Shown: positions 18,732-27,964, counted from the first letter of the stretch. The stretch: DNA of 37,030 nucleotides from a virus (IMGVR_UViG_2861069343_000007:1-37030), one strand, 5' to 3'. The notes: a model not told the origin generated them from the letters alone. Made by a program: numbers and translations.

Positions 18732-19565
18732 TCAGCAATTGGTCAGAGTGTCAGCGGGGGCGTTACCGCCTGTTGCACGCTGGCGGTAGTCCTGGCGACT
18801 GTCTTCATGACTCAGCTTGTCCACCAGTTCGTTAAAGGCGGTTTGCTGTGCCTGCAGGGCAGTCTCCAGCTCAGACAGGCGTTCTTCCTGCTCAGACAGG
18901 GATTTTTCGGTGCGTGCGCTCAGGTTCTGCTGCTCAGTGGCGACCAGCTCCACGGCCTTATGCACATCAGAGAACCGGGCGTCATCGGACTGCTCTTTTT
19001 TGGTAAACAGCGCCGTGACGCGGGCAAACAGGGACGGTTTGTCGTCCTGGATTTCTTCCAGTTCGATCACCGTTTCCTCTGCAGCGGTAAAGAGATTGGC
19101 AGGATTCTGCTTGCGGTTTGCCAGCGGGTTATGGGCTGCACTGGCGCTGAATGTCAGCATTTCCGTACCCAGACTGGCAGGGTCATCAGTGGCAGCCAGG
19201 CCGACCAGATAGGCTTTGCCCGTATCAGCGAACTTCGGGCTGACTTCCATAGAGGTGAATAATTTCTGGCCTTTTTTCACCAGTTCCACCAGGGACTCCG
19301 TTGGCTCAACGTCGGCATACAGCGCCATCTTGCCTGCCAGCGGACCTTCCGTGATTTCTTCAGCAAACAGCGCCGTCACCTTGCCGTAGCGGTTAAAGGT
19401 GCTGTCCGGCAGATAAGACTTGATGTGCTCAAGGTTAATCAGCGCGGTATACACCGCCGGGTTGTAGCTGGCTGCCATCTGTTCCAGCCATTCACGCTGG
19501 ATTTCGCGTCCGTCGGTGGTGGCACCTTCCACCCCGATGCGAAAACGCTTTGCTTTCACTGTCAT
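18732..19565 (-). CDS. O: Capsid scaffolding protein gpO
   Basis: 277 aa; P2 gpO-like (…FRIGVEGATTDGREI…LVGLAATDDPASLGTE…). Confidence 0.85.
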   Translation of the reverse strand: MTVKAKRFRIGVEGATTDGREIQREWLEQMAASYNPAVYTALINLEHIKSYLPDSTFNRYGKVTALFAEEITEGPLAGKMALYADVEPTESLVELVKKGQKLFTSMEVSPKFADTGKAYLVGLAATDDPASLGTEMLTFSASAAHNPLANRKQNPANLFTAAEETVIELEEIQDDKPSLFARVTALFTKKEQSDDARFSDVHKAVELVATEQQNLSARTEKSLSEQEERLSELETALQAQQTAFNELVDKLSHEDSRQDYRQRATGGNAPADTLTNC

Positions 19566-19643
19566 GAGCCGTGCTCCGTTAGAAATAACTTACTGGAGCC
19601 TTATGGTTGCGGTGATGGGGGCAGTGAAACAATGCGCGGTATT

Positions 19644-19661
19644 TGTACCGACAACCACACA
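19644..19661. promoter_or_regulatory. Ogr-type activator site (TGT-N12-ACA) in the divergent O/P late promoter region
   Basis: tgtaccgacaaccacaca; near-identical half-sites to the FI site (TGTACCG…CACACA). Confidence 0.55.
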
Positions 19662-19707
19662 AACCGCAGGCGGGGAAAGCCTTCATTCAAGGCTGTAGGT
19701 TTGTGCC

Positions 19708-21474
19708 ATGAACACCACACTGACACCCGCAGATCTCGATCCCCGTCGGCAGGCCATGCTGCTGTACTTTCAGGGATACCGCGTAGCCCGCATTGCTGAA
19801 ATGCTGGGCGAGAAAGTTGCAACCGTTCACAGCTGGAAAAAACGCGACAAGTGGGGTGACTATGGGCCGCTGGATCAGATGCAGCTCACCACCGCCGCCC
19901 GCTACTGCCAGCTCATTATGAAGGAGCACAAAGAAGGGAAAGATTTCAAAGAAATTGACCTGCTGGCGCGCCAGTCGGAGCGCCACGCGCGGATCGGCAA
20001 GTTTAACAATGGCGGCAACGAAGCCGACTTAAACCCTAACGTCGCCAACCGCAACAAAGGGCCGCGCCGTCAGCCGGAAAAGAATGTTTTCACCGATGAA
20101 CAGATTGAGAAGCTGGAAGAAATCTTCCATTCCTCCATGTTCAACTACCAGCGCCACTGGTGGGAAGCAGGAAAAACCAACCGCATCCGTAATCTGCTGA
20201 AGTCACGCCAGATCGGCGCGACCTTTTACTTTGCCCGTGAAGCCCTGATTGACGCCCTGCTTACCGGACGTAACCAGATTTTCCTTTCTGCCAGTAAGGC
20301 ACAGGCTCACGTCTTTAAGCAGTACATCATCGACTTCGCCAAAGAAGTCGAGGTGGAGCTGAAAGGCGATCCGATGGTGCTTCCTAACGGGGCCACACTT
20401 TACTTCCTCGGCACCAATGCCCGCACGGCTCAGAGTTACCACGGCAACCTGTATCTGGATGAATATTTCTGGATACCGAAATTCCAGGAGCTGCGCAAAG
20501 TGGCTTCCGGTATGGCTATTCACAAAAAATGGCGACAAACCTATTTTTCTACGCCATCCAGCCTGACACACAGTGCTTATCCGTTCTGGTCCGGTGCGCT
20601 GTTCAACCGTGGGCGCAACAAAGCCGACAAGGTGGACATCGACCTGTCCCACAGCAATCTGGCCCCCGGCCTGCTGTGCGCAGACGGGCAATACCGCCAG
20701 ATAGTCACCGTGGAAGATGCAGTGCGCGGCGGCTGTAACCTGTTCGACCTTGACCAGTTGCGCATGGAGTACAGCCCGGACGAATACCAGAACCTGCTGA
20801 TGTGCGAGTTTGTGGACGATCTCGCGTCCGTGTTCCCGCTCAGCGAGCTGCAGGCGTGCATGGTGGACAGCTGGGAAGTCTGGACCGACTTTCATGCACT
20901 GGCGCTGCGCCCATTTGGCTGGCGCGAAGTGTGGATCGGTTATGACCCGGCAAAAGGTACGCAGAACGGCGACAGTGCCGGATGCGTGGTGCTGGCACCG
21001 CCAGCCGTGCCGGGCGGTAAGTTTCGCATTCTTGAGCGTCACCAGTGGCGCGGGATGGACTTTCGCGCCCAGGCTGACGCCATCAAAAAACTGACCGAAC
21101 AGTACAACGTGACCTATATCGGCATCGACTCAACCGGCGTTGGTCACGGGGTTTACGAGAACGTGAAAGCGTTTTTTCCTGCCGTCCGGGAGTTTGTCTA
21201 CAACCCCAACGTTAAAAACGCCCTGGTACTCAAGGCTTACGACATTATCAGCCACCGCCGTCTTGAGTTTGACGCCGGACACACCGACATTGCGCAGTCA
21301 TTTATGGCAATCCGTCGCGCCACCACCGCCAGCGGCAACCGCCCGACCTATGAAGCCAGCCGCAGCGAAGAAGCCAGCCACGCCGATCTGGCGTGGGCAA
21401 CCATGCACGCACTGTTTAACGAACCGCTGCAGGGCGAGTCCGCCAATACCAGCAATATTGTGGAGATTTTTTGA
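19708..21474 (+). CDS. P: Terminase large (ATPase) subunit gpP
   Basis: 588 aa; P2 gpP-like; divergent from O. Confidence 0.9.
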   Translation: MNTTLTPADLDPRRQAMLLYFQGYRVARIAEMLGEKVATVHSWKKRDKWGDYGPLDQMQLTTAARYCQLIMKEHKEGKDFKEIDLLARQSERHARIGKFNNGGNEADLNPNVANRNKGPRRQPEKNVFTDEQIEKLEEIFHSSMFNYQRHWWEAGKTNRIRNLLKSRQIGATFYFAREALIDALLTGRNQIFLSASKAQAHVFKQYIIDFAKEVEVELKGDPMVLPNGATLYFLGTNARTAQSYHGNLYLDEYFWIPKFQELRKVASGMAIHKKWRQTYFSTPSSLTHSAYPFWSGALFNRGRNKADKVDIDLSHSNLAPGLLCADGQYRQIVTVEDAVRGGCNLFDLDQLRMEYSPDEYQNLLMCEFVDDLASVFPLSELQACMVDSWEVWTDFHALALRPFGWREVWIGYDPAKGTQNGDSAGCVVLAPPAVPGGKFRILERHQWRGMDFRAQADAIKKLTEQYNVTYIGIDSTGVGHGVYENVKAFFPAVREFVYNPNVKNALVLKAYDIISHRRLEFDAGHTDIAQSFMAIRRATTASGNRPTYEASRSEEASHADLAWATMHALFNEPLQGESANTSNIVEIF

Positions 21475-22499
21475 TGGGAAAGAGTAAGAAAAACCGCGCT
21501 GCGGCGACGAATCAGATCCAGCATAAAAACCAAACTTCAGTCGAAGCATTCAGCTTCGGTGATCCCGTTCCTGTTCTGGACCGCCGCGAACTGCTGGACT
21601 ATGTGGAATGCGTACAGACAGATCGTTGGTATGAGCCGCCAGTGAGTTTCGACGGGCTGGCGCGCACCTTTCGCGCCGCCGTGCATCACAGCTCACCGAT
21701 TGCAGTAAAGTGCAACATTCTGACCAGCACCTACATCCCTCACCCGCTGCTCAGCCAGCAGGCTTTTTCACGTTTTGTGCAGGACTATCTGGTATTTGGT
21801 AACGCCTACCTGGAGAAACGCACGAACCGCTTCGGTGAAGTTATCGCCCTTGAGCCTGCTCTGGCAAAATACACCCGACGCGGGTTAGACCTGGATACCT
21901 ACTGGTTTGTGCAATACGGTATGACAACCCAGCCGTATCAGTTCACGAAAGGCAGCATTTTTCACCTGATGGAACCGGATATCAACCAGGAGATCTACGG
22001 CCTGCCCGGTTATCTTTCTGCCATTCCGTCAGCCCTGCTCAACGAGTCCGCCACGCTGTTCCGCCGCAAGTATTACATTAACGGCAGTCATGCAGGCTTC
22101 ATCATGTACATGACCGATGCCGCGCAAAACCAGGAGGATGTGAACAACCTCCGCAACGCAATGAAAAGCGCCAAAGGACCGGGTAACTTCCGCAACCTGT
22201 TTATGTACTCGCCTAACGGCAAAAAGGATGGGCTTCAGATCATTCCTCTGTCAGAAGTCGCGGCGAAGGATGAGTTTCTGAATATCAAGAACGTGAGCCG
22301 GGACGACATGATGGCGGCGCACCGCGTACCGCCGCAAATGATGGGGATTATGCCTAGCAATGTCGGGGGGTTTGGGGATGTGGAGAAGGCTAGTAAGGTA
22401 TTCGTAAGAAACGAATTGATGCCCCTGCAGAAACGATTGCAGGAACTAAATAACTGGTTGGACGAAGAAGTGCTCAATTTTTCAACCTATGAGCTTTAG
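21471..22499 (+). CDS. Q: Portal protein gpQ
   Basis: 342 aa; P2 gpQ-like; start overlaps P stop. Confidence 0.9.
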   Translation: MMGKSKKNRAAATNQIQHKNQTSVEAFSFGDPVPVLDRRELLDYVECVQTDRWYEPPVSFDGLARTFRAAVHHSSPIAVKCNILTSTYIPHPLLSQQAFSRFVQDYLVFGNAYLEKRTNRFGEVIALEPALAKYTRRGLDLDTYWFVQYGMTTQPYQFTKGSIFHLMEPDINQEIYGLPGYLSAIPSALLNESATLFRRKYYINGSHAGFIMYMTDAAQNQEDVNNLRNAMKSAKGPGNFRNLFMYSPNGKKDGLQIIPLSEVAAKDEFLNIKNVSRDDMMAAHRVPPQMMGIMPSNVGGFGDVEKASKVFVRNELMPLQKRLQELNNWLDEEVLNFSTYEL

Positions 22500-22535
22500 T
22501 TTTAAAACGAAGACCATTAGGTCTTCGCTTTATTT
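22500..22535. terminator. Bidirectional terminator between convergent Q and retron RT
   Basis: 8-bp stem cgaagacc / ggtcttcg (loop atta), flanked by ttttaaaa upstream and ctttattt downstream; RT stop codon lies in the loop. Confidence 0.55.
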
Positions 22536-23479
22536 AAAGGGTTCTTTCCATATTTTTTTTCTAATTTGCTAATATAAGCTATTAATCTTCTATGGCTTTT
22601 TGAATCCACACTTAAAATAAATGACAACCATCCCCTAACGTGTTCTATCTCAGAAGATTTACCGCAAAATATATGATGTATCTTTGCTCTAATTTCTTTA
22701 TATTTTTCTCTACCTATCCCAACTTTCTCTTGTGAAATAACTAAACCTGTAACTTTCCTCTGACTACGAGGCCCACTAATACAAGTTTTTTTTGAGTTAA
22801 TAACCAATCCTTCACTTGGGATTATAGAAAATAAAAAATCACGTGCTTTAACAACCTTTTTCATAGACTGTGCAGATAAGGTGAGATCATCGGCATATCT
22901 CGTATATATCAAGCCCCGACTACCTGCATAGCCCTGAATACGATAATCAAGTTTTGAACATATTAGATTAGCTAATTTAGGTGATGATGGAGCACCTTGT
23001 GGTAGCAGATTTTTATAACAACATATTTTTGTCAAAACTGAAGATATTAGTCGATTATAACCAAGAGAATGGAACACTCCAAAAACTTTGTTAGCAGTTA
23101 AACTTGGGAAAAAATCCTCCAAATCAATATTCAGTATAAAGTTTGCCCCAATATGCGGGGTAGCATTATTCAAAATAGATTGGTGCTTTTCAAATCCAAT
23201 AGAAAAAGGAGATGACGACAGTTTATCTAAAATGTTACGTAGAACCCATCCTTGTAAGGCTTTAAGTTCTCGAGAAGGTTGGTAAATGGTTCTCATTCTC
23301 TTCTCTGGGCCTTTCTTTTCTACAGTGTAGATCCTATAGCGAAAATCAGCTGTATAGATTAACAACCGAAGTGTTTCAACAGATATGCGAGTCGCCTTAG
23401 ACATGTCATGCAAATTGTTCATGACAGGTAGGCCGAGATTTCTCAATCTAAAAGTGTTCAAATATTCAGCGGATTTCAT
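22517..23479 (-). CDS. ret: Retron reverse transcriptase (Retron-Eco1 / Ec86 RT)
   Basis: 320 aa; RT motifs including YADD (YTRYADDLTL); start codon 7 nt downstream of the a2 repeat of msr-msd. Confidence 0.93.
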   Translation of the reverse strand: MKSAEYLNTFRLRNLGLPVMNNLHDMSKATRISVETLRLLIYTADFRYRIYTVEKKGPEKRMRTIYQPSRELKALQGWVLRNILDKLSSSPFSIGFEKHQSILNNATPHIGANFILNIDLEDFFPSLTANKVFGVFHSLGYNRLISSVLTKICCYKNLLPQGAPSSPKLANLICSKLDYRIQGYAGSRGLIYTRYADDLTLSAQSMKKVVKARDFLFSIIPSEGLVINSKKTCISGPRSQRKVTGLVISQEKVGIGREKYKEIRAKIHHIFCGKSSEIEHVRGWLSFILSVDSKSHRRLIAYISKLEKKYGKNPLNKAKT

Positions 23480-23485
23480 GAAAGT

Positions 23486-23654
23486 TGCGCACCCTTACGT
23501 CAGAAAAAACGGGTTTCCTGGTTGGCTCGGAGAGCATCAGGCGATGCTCTCCGTTCCAACAAGGAAAACAGACAGTAACTCAGATTCAATGCAGGATGCC
23601 GAAACAACATCCAGAGGTTGACCTTAATGATAAACCTCTCGCTAAGGGTGCGCA
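23486..23654 (-). ncRNA. msr-msd: Retron msr-msd non-coding RNA (Ec86 msDNA template)
   Basis: Plus strand 23499..23585 reads gtcagaaaaaacgggtttcctggttggctcggagagcatcaggcgatgctctccgttccaacaaggaaaacagacagtaactcaga, recognised as Ec86 msd; flanking inverted repeats a1/a2 TGCGCACCCTTA at 23643..23654 and 23486..23497. Confidence 0.9.
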
Positions 23655-24565
23655 TACGGAATCTTATCATAGTTAAATGTTGATTTTCTACGGTTTTCAA
23701 AATTCATAATCTCAAGCCGCAATCGGTCAAGTGTCTTTCTATCAAAGACGCTCCTAACATAGCTAGCCCCCAAAGCAGTGACCTGATAACCATCAGTCAT
23801 TTGAAGTATTTTTCGTTCATTTATTAGACGAGAAACAACGGATCTAACAATAATTTTAGATAAAACATCATCTTGCTTTATCGCTTTAAAAGCTAGTTCA
23901 CACAGTGTGCGGTAGTTGACACTATCCAGTAAATAGATACAAGGCAATAGAAACCGCTCTGCGTATAATATATTTCCAATATCTTTTGATACTTTATTTT
24001 CTTTCCTAACCTGCTTAATAGATGCCATTAATTTTTTATATAATCGTAATTTTCTGGCAACATCAATAGATGAATCACACATTTCTTTTAGTTCATTTGA
24101 ACTACAACGCAAAACAGATTTTGAATTAAACTTACGCAACAGGCGAACAGGACCATAGTTAATAAAGCTACGTTTTGATTTAAATTTTGCATCTTGAATG
24201 CAAATCAACTTTCTCCTTAAGTTTTCATTATTAGAGAACGCACCAAGCTCTGTGAAAGACCCCGGACTTTCAGGAAATAAAATTATTACATCGACAGCTT
24301 CAGCCAGAATATTTTCTAAACTTAAAAGGCTATGCTGCCCTTGACCAGCCAAAAGATCATCAAATAGATCTTCTGGATAAAATATATCAACATCACTGAA
24401 CTTTGCTAAAAATTGTGATAATTGATGACGCCAAGATTGATGATTAGCAACGTCACCACCACATAGAAAAATGGTTATTTTAATATTAGCTCCTCGATAG
24501 AAGCCTTTCTTTGTGAGATGTCCTATAAGCTGTTGTTGCTGCTCATCGGTAAATTTTTTATTCAT
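23642..24565 (-). CDS. Retron-Eco1 accessory effector (nucleoside deoxyribosyltransferase-like domain protein)
   Basis: Immediately upstream of msr; start assigned to MNKKFTDEQ (ATG 24565..24563, GGAG 4 nt upstream) though in-frame ATGs exist upstream (24595, 24754); stop overlaps a1. Confidence 0.75.
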   Translation of the reverse strand: MNKKFTDEQQQQLIGHLTKKGFYRGANIKITIFLCGGDVANHQSWRHQLSQFLAKFSDVDIFYPEDLFDDLLAGQGQHSLLSLENILAEAVDVIILFPESPGSFTELGAFSNNENLRRKLICIQDAKFKSKRSFINYGPVRLLRKFNSKSVLRCSSNELKEMCDSSIDVARKLRLYKKLMASIKQVRKENKVSKDIGNILYAERFLLPCIYLLDSVNYRTLCELAFKAIKQDDVLSKIIVRSVVSRLINERKILQMTDGYQVTALGASYVRSVFDRKTLDRLRLEIMNFENRRKSTFNYDKIPYAHP

Positions 24566-24637
24566 AATCTCCCCGCTTTTTTCTACTTTATACATCAAGT
24601 TATGAATAGATCCAATCTCCATACCCCATGGCGCGCG

Positions 24638-24656
24638 CTCGTATCCCCGCCACGCC
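24638..24656. other. Candidate cos site (cohesive end)
   Basis: Minus strand reads GGCGTGGCGGGGATACGAG, resembling the P2 cohesive end GGCGAGGCGGGGAAAGCAC as recalled; inside a short GC-rich patch between two AT-rich islands. Confidence 0.4.
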
Positions 24657-24697
24657 TGCCCGCTTTGTGTAGTGGTTTTCATGCACCTGCATGACAT

Positions 24698-24722
24698 AAG
24701 TAAAAGCCCGCCAGAACTGGCG
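24698..24722 (-). terminator. Hairpin with U-tract on the minus strand in the cos-proximal region
   Basis: cccgccag..ctggcggg stem (24706..24722) followed on the minus strand by a T-run. Confidence 0.35.
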
Positions 24723-24874
24723 GGACTGAGCAAAAACGATCCTTTTGCGATCATTCATTTTCATGCGCTATAGTCATGCAACAAACGCATACGAACCATA
24801 TGGTTAGATTACTCATCAAGTCAGATGGATTTTCAGGCAGATTGCCACAGCAATTGTAAAGGAGCGAGATTGAA

Positions 24875-25876
24875 ATGGGTGGAGAGACTTCGGCTATACA
24901 ACGAGTCGCGGGTAAGATTTCTGATGATATTTTCTCAGTGTTCAAATGGGATCGTGCCGCTAGAGCGGACATGAATTGGGATTGTTGCCAAGAGGCTCAT
25001 TCCAAGAAAACACATCCAAGCGATGTTGTATTTTTCTACATAGATCCATATGAGGAGGAAATGGTCTATCTCAACACAGACCTCAAAAGCTATGCAGAAG
25101 GTACTATTGGGAAAAAAATAGTCGAGGGAGCTTTAACATCGCTTGCTTTAGCTACCGAATGTGCAAATGTCAGTGAAGAATGGCGATTGAAATATGTTCA
25201 TGATGATTCTTTAGGTTATAACGTAAGAGGGTTATTATTCTTATATAACCATGATAATTTATATGATAAAGACTTCTATGAGAATATTACAAAAAAATTA
25301 GATCACTCATCTATAAATTGCCCTCCAAACATCAAACTACATTTGCTTGACCCTTATAAAATATCAGATTTGATAAACATATCTTCTGACATAACTAAGT
25401 TAATTGGTTCAGGCAAACTTCCTCAACCTGATAAGTTCACATATTATTATCCAGATCTTTCCCTAACAAGAATAAAGCACCCTATTAATCAGACAACACC
25501 TGCAACAATTGAATTATTAACATCACCATACATTATAATAAAGCATGAGGCTTTCAGTTGGCTCAGGGATAAAAACCCTGAGGGATATGTTGTTTATTAC
25601 AATCAACCGGGGGATTCAGTAGACGAATTCGTTTACTTCTTTGATATGTTATCAACTTATCAGATATTAACCGAAGGTAAACCAATCGTATTACGCCATT
25701 GTCACATTCACCCAAATGAAAATGCCATTCATCATTTTGAAAGAGCGAAAAAGAAATACAGCACAGACTGGCTCTTAGGCGAGGATGAAAGACTTTTTCT
25801 TAAAATTGACTTCGACAAGACAGACAAAATTGTTGTTGAATATAATCTTGAACAAATCGGCATGGAGCAACGATAA
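24875..25876 (+). CDS. Hypothetical protein, first gene of three-gene cargo operon
   Basis: 333 aa; AGGAG upstream; AT-rich codon usage unlike the phage backbone; no family recognised by eye; possible PD-(D/E)xK-like pattern VVFFYID…NTDLK (speculative). Confidence 0.7.
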   Translation: MGGETSAIQRVAGKISDDIFSVFKWDRAARADMNWDCCQEAHSKKTHPSDVVFFYIDPYEEEMVYLNTDLKSYAEGTIGKKIVEGALTSLALATECANVSEEWRLKYVHDDSLGYNVRGLLFLYNHDNLYDKDFYENITKKLDHSSINCPPNIKLHLLDPYKISDLINISSDITKLIGSGKLPQPDKFTYYYPDLSLTRIKHPINQTTPATIELLTSPYIIIKHEAFSWLRDKNPEGYVVYYNQPGDSVDEFVYFFDMLSTYQILTEGKPIVLRHCHIHPNENAIHHFERAKKKYSTDWLLGEDERLFLKIDFDKTDKIVVEYNLEQIGMEQR

Positions 25877-26955
25877 TGGCTAAAAAACTATATTTCGCAA
25901 CTGATAAAAATATTTATGATGCATTACATCATAAAAGGATAACCGCTGCAAAGTTGCATGAATTATTGTTGAATCGAGGTGTGTTTTTATCACCAGAACT
26001 CGACAAGGAAATACTAATCGAGGAAATATCCAAACTTCCTCACGGATTTAATGAATTAGAACACATAAAAAAACTGGTCAAAACATATGACCCAAGGGAA
26101 AGCACTACTAGTGTGAGCTTCCAAACCTCAACAAATCAGGCCGAATTAAAAAGTGCTGCTGAAGCACTAAAAAAAACATGCTCCCCTAGTAAAGGTCAAA
26201 GCCTGAATATTGTAGCTAAAAAAGATGGCTCGCTTACAGTAGAATACAAATATGAAGAAATAGACCTGTCTAAAACTGCATTACGTCAGATCGACAAGCG
26301 GAATGTTATAATAGAACTTCGCCCTGGAGCTGACAAAGTTGAAGTACGTATGCCTCAAAACCCCGAGGCAAAAAAAGTTATTGAGAGCTTGCAAAACGAG
26401 CTATCTAAAATCAAGTCCGAACCTATCGAGCGCTTCGAAATATCATTACTAGCAATAACTGATCCTACATTGCGAAGTCAGTTTTTTCAGGAATTAATGA
26501 ATGGTCTACGCGGTTATGAGACTGATGACGTAACAAAAGTCGAATTAAATCGCAGTACTGATGCTAGTGAGGATGAAGACAAGGAAGAAACTATTGATAC
26601 CGGATTTGTTAAGAAAGCTGTCCTTAATGGTGAAGGGGTAAATAGTTCAGCTATATTTTCTCAACTACATGAGAAAGGTTATTATATCGGGCGTATTGCA
26701 TGGTCTTCAAAGCCGACAAGTGGAATTGGAGACAGAATCAACGTCGAAGCATTTTTCAAAGACTCAGAAAAATGCTGTGACTTTGCCTATCAAATTAAAG
26801 GTATAAACAATCAAAAAGAAGACGGTTTCAATGTAACCATTCGCGCGGCAACAGCACAAGAGAAAAAACATATTAGTGAATTAATTGAGTCCGCCGCTGA
26901 AAATGCCTATAATATAATAATAGGATCAGAGGTGAACGAAGATGAAAAAGGTTAA
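25876..26955 (+). CDS. Hypothetical protein, second gene of three-gene cargo operon
   Basis: 359 aa; start overlaps upstream stop (TAATG); charged and Lys/Glu-rich; no recognisable motif. Confidence 0.7.
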   Translation: MAKKLYFATDKNIYDALHHKRITAAKLHELLLNRGVFLSPELDKEILIEEISKLPHGFNELEHIKKLVKTYDPRESTTSVSFQTSTNQAELKSAAEALKKTCSPSKGQSLNIVAKKDGSLTVEYKYEEIDLSKTALRQIDKRNVIIELRPGADKVEVRMPQNPEAKKVIESLQNELSKIKSEPIERFEISLLAITDPTLRSQFFQELMNGLRGYETDDVTKVELNRSTDASEDEDKEETIDTGFVKKAVLNGEGVNSSAIFSQLHEKGYYIGRIAWSSKPTSGIGDRINVEAFFKDSEKCCDFAYQIKGINNQKEDGFNVTIRAATAQEKKHISELIESAAENAYNIIIGSEVNEDEKG

Positions 26956-27625
26956 ATGGCTTAAGTTAAACATACGGCTTGAGTTTGAAACAGCCGTTAG
27001 ACGTCTTTCTCTTGATTCTTTTACAGAGGATAAAGGGAAAGGGTTCATTTTTGATAAAATACGCCATGATTTTGCAAATGGTCGCTTTGTCGAGCGTATT
27101 GTTTATCATGATAAAATATTAAGCTTTGACGGAAGCGAAACTACCGTTGAAAGAATCGAATATCGCACCACAAATTTTAGCGTGGCTTTAGACTCTCTTC
27201 CTGTAATGCAGATTACTAACCCACCCAGAACTTTAAAGCCTTTTTCGCAGGCTTTGGTAAAAAATCTTGGCTTAGGTGTTAGTTTGGAAGAAATTGACAT
27301 AAACCCTATAGACTGGCTTAATGAAATATCTTCAAGTGTAAATATCAATTTAACACAACTTGATATTTCAAGGGTTAGAGTTTCTGATTACGCCACAGCT
27401 AAAATGCAAATAATTGGCAGCAATGATCTTAGGAAGTATTATAAAGAAGAATTAGAGGGTAAAAAAATAAGAATTGACAGGCTTGTTTGCTCTGTTAATT
27501 CATTAGAATATTCCGGTAAGCTCAAGATCACCAATAGCGGCCTTGCTTATATTGATGTTAGAAATGAGAATGAGTTTACGAAAATCGTTTTTGATACGTT
27601 AAAAAAAGTCACCCTTCAATCATAG
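26942..27625 (+). CDS. Hypothetical protein, third gene of three-gene cargo operon
   Basis: 227 aa; 14-nt overlap with upstream gene; no recognisable motif. Confidence 0.7.
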   Translation: MKKVKWLKLNIRLEFETAVRRLSLDSFTEDKGKGFIFDKIRHDFANGRFVERIVYHDKILSFDGSETTVERIEYRTTNFSVALDSLPVMQITNPPRTLKPFSQALVKNLGLGVSLEEIDINPIDWLNEISSSVNINLTQLDISRVRVSDYATAKMQIIGSNDLRKYYKEELEGKKIRIDRLVCSVNSLEYSGKLKITNSGLAYIDVRNENEFTKIVFDTLKKVTLQS

Positions 27626-27681
27626 ATGGCTTATAAGGAGTTACTTCACCTAACGCCTCGCCTTACTCGTTGTTCAACCTC

Positions 27682-27712
27682 GTAGGCGTCAGAATCAAGT
27701 TCTGACGCCTAC
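27682..27712 (+). terminator. Strong stem-loop between convergent cargo operon and dinI-like gene
   Basis: Perfect 13-bp stem gtaggcgtcagaa / ttctgacgcctac with 5-nt loop. Confidence 0.5.
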
Positions 27713-27720
27713 AATGTTTC

Positions 27721-27954
27721 TTAATGCAGCCAGCTATCGTCCTCCCACACCTTCTGCATAATTTTCATCACTTGTTTTCTTTCTTCGTCCAGTTGCAGTC
27801 CGGTCAGTTCCACACCGTTAGAGCTACCTTTGCGGATACGAATTACCGTTTTGGGATACAGGGGGCGCAGATTGCGGTAAAGCTCGGATTCAAGGGCGTC
27901 CAGGGTAGACTGGCTAATTTTCTGCTCTTTATCGATCATTATTTCAATGCGCAT
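27721..27954 (-). CDS. DinI-family protein (Tum C-terminal-domain-like)
   Basis: 77 aa from MRIEIMIDK; resembles DinI (MRIE…, conserved acidic C-terminus …WEDDSWLH); GAGGTGA Shine-Dalgarno. Confidence 0.75.
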   Translation of the reverse strand: MRIEIMIDKEQKISQSTLDALESELYRNLRPLYPKTVIRIRKGSSNGVELTGLQLDEERKQVMKIMQKVWEDDSWLH

Positions 27955-27964
27955 AAAAGTCACC

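Noticed and set aside
20203-21042. 279-aa minus-strand ORF inside terminase gene P
   Set aside because: Antisense shadow ORF within a confidently assigned gene.
23485-23700. Plus-strand ORFs of 63 and 78 aa and minus-strand 66-aa ORF over the retron ncRNA
   Set aside because: They overlap the msr-msd RNA gene and its inverted repeats; the signal here is RNA structure, not coding.
24595-24754. N-terminal extension of the retron effector ORF (up to 370 aa)
   Set aside because: Extension runs through the GC-rich cos-like patch and has atypical composition; the internal start at 24565 has a good Shine-Dalgarno. The 24595 start cannot be fully excluded.
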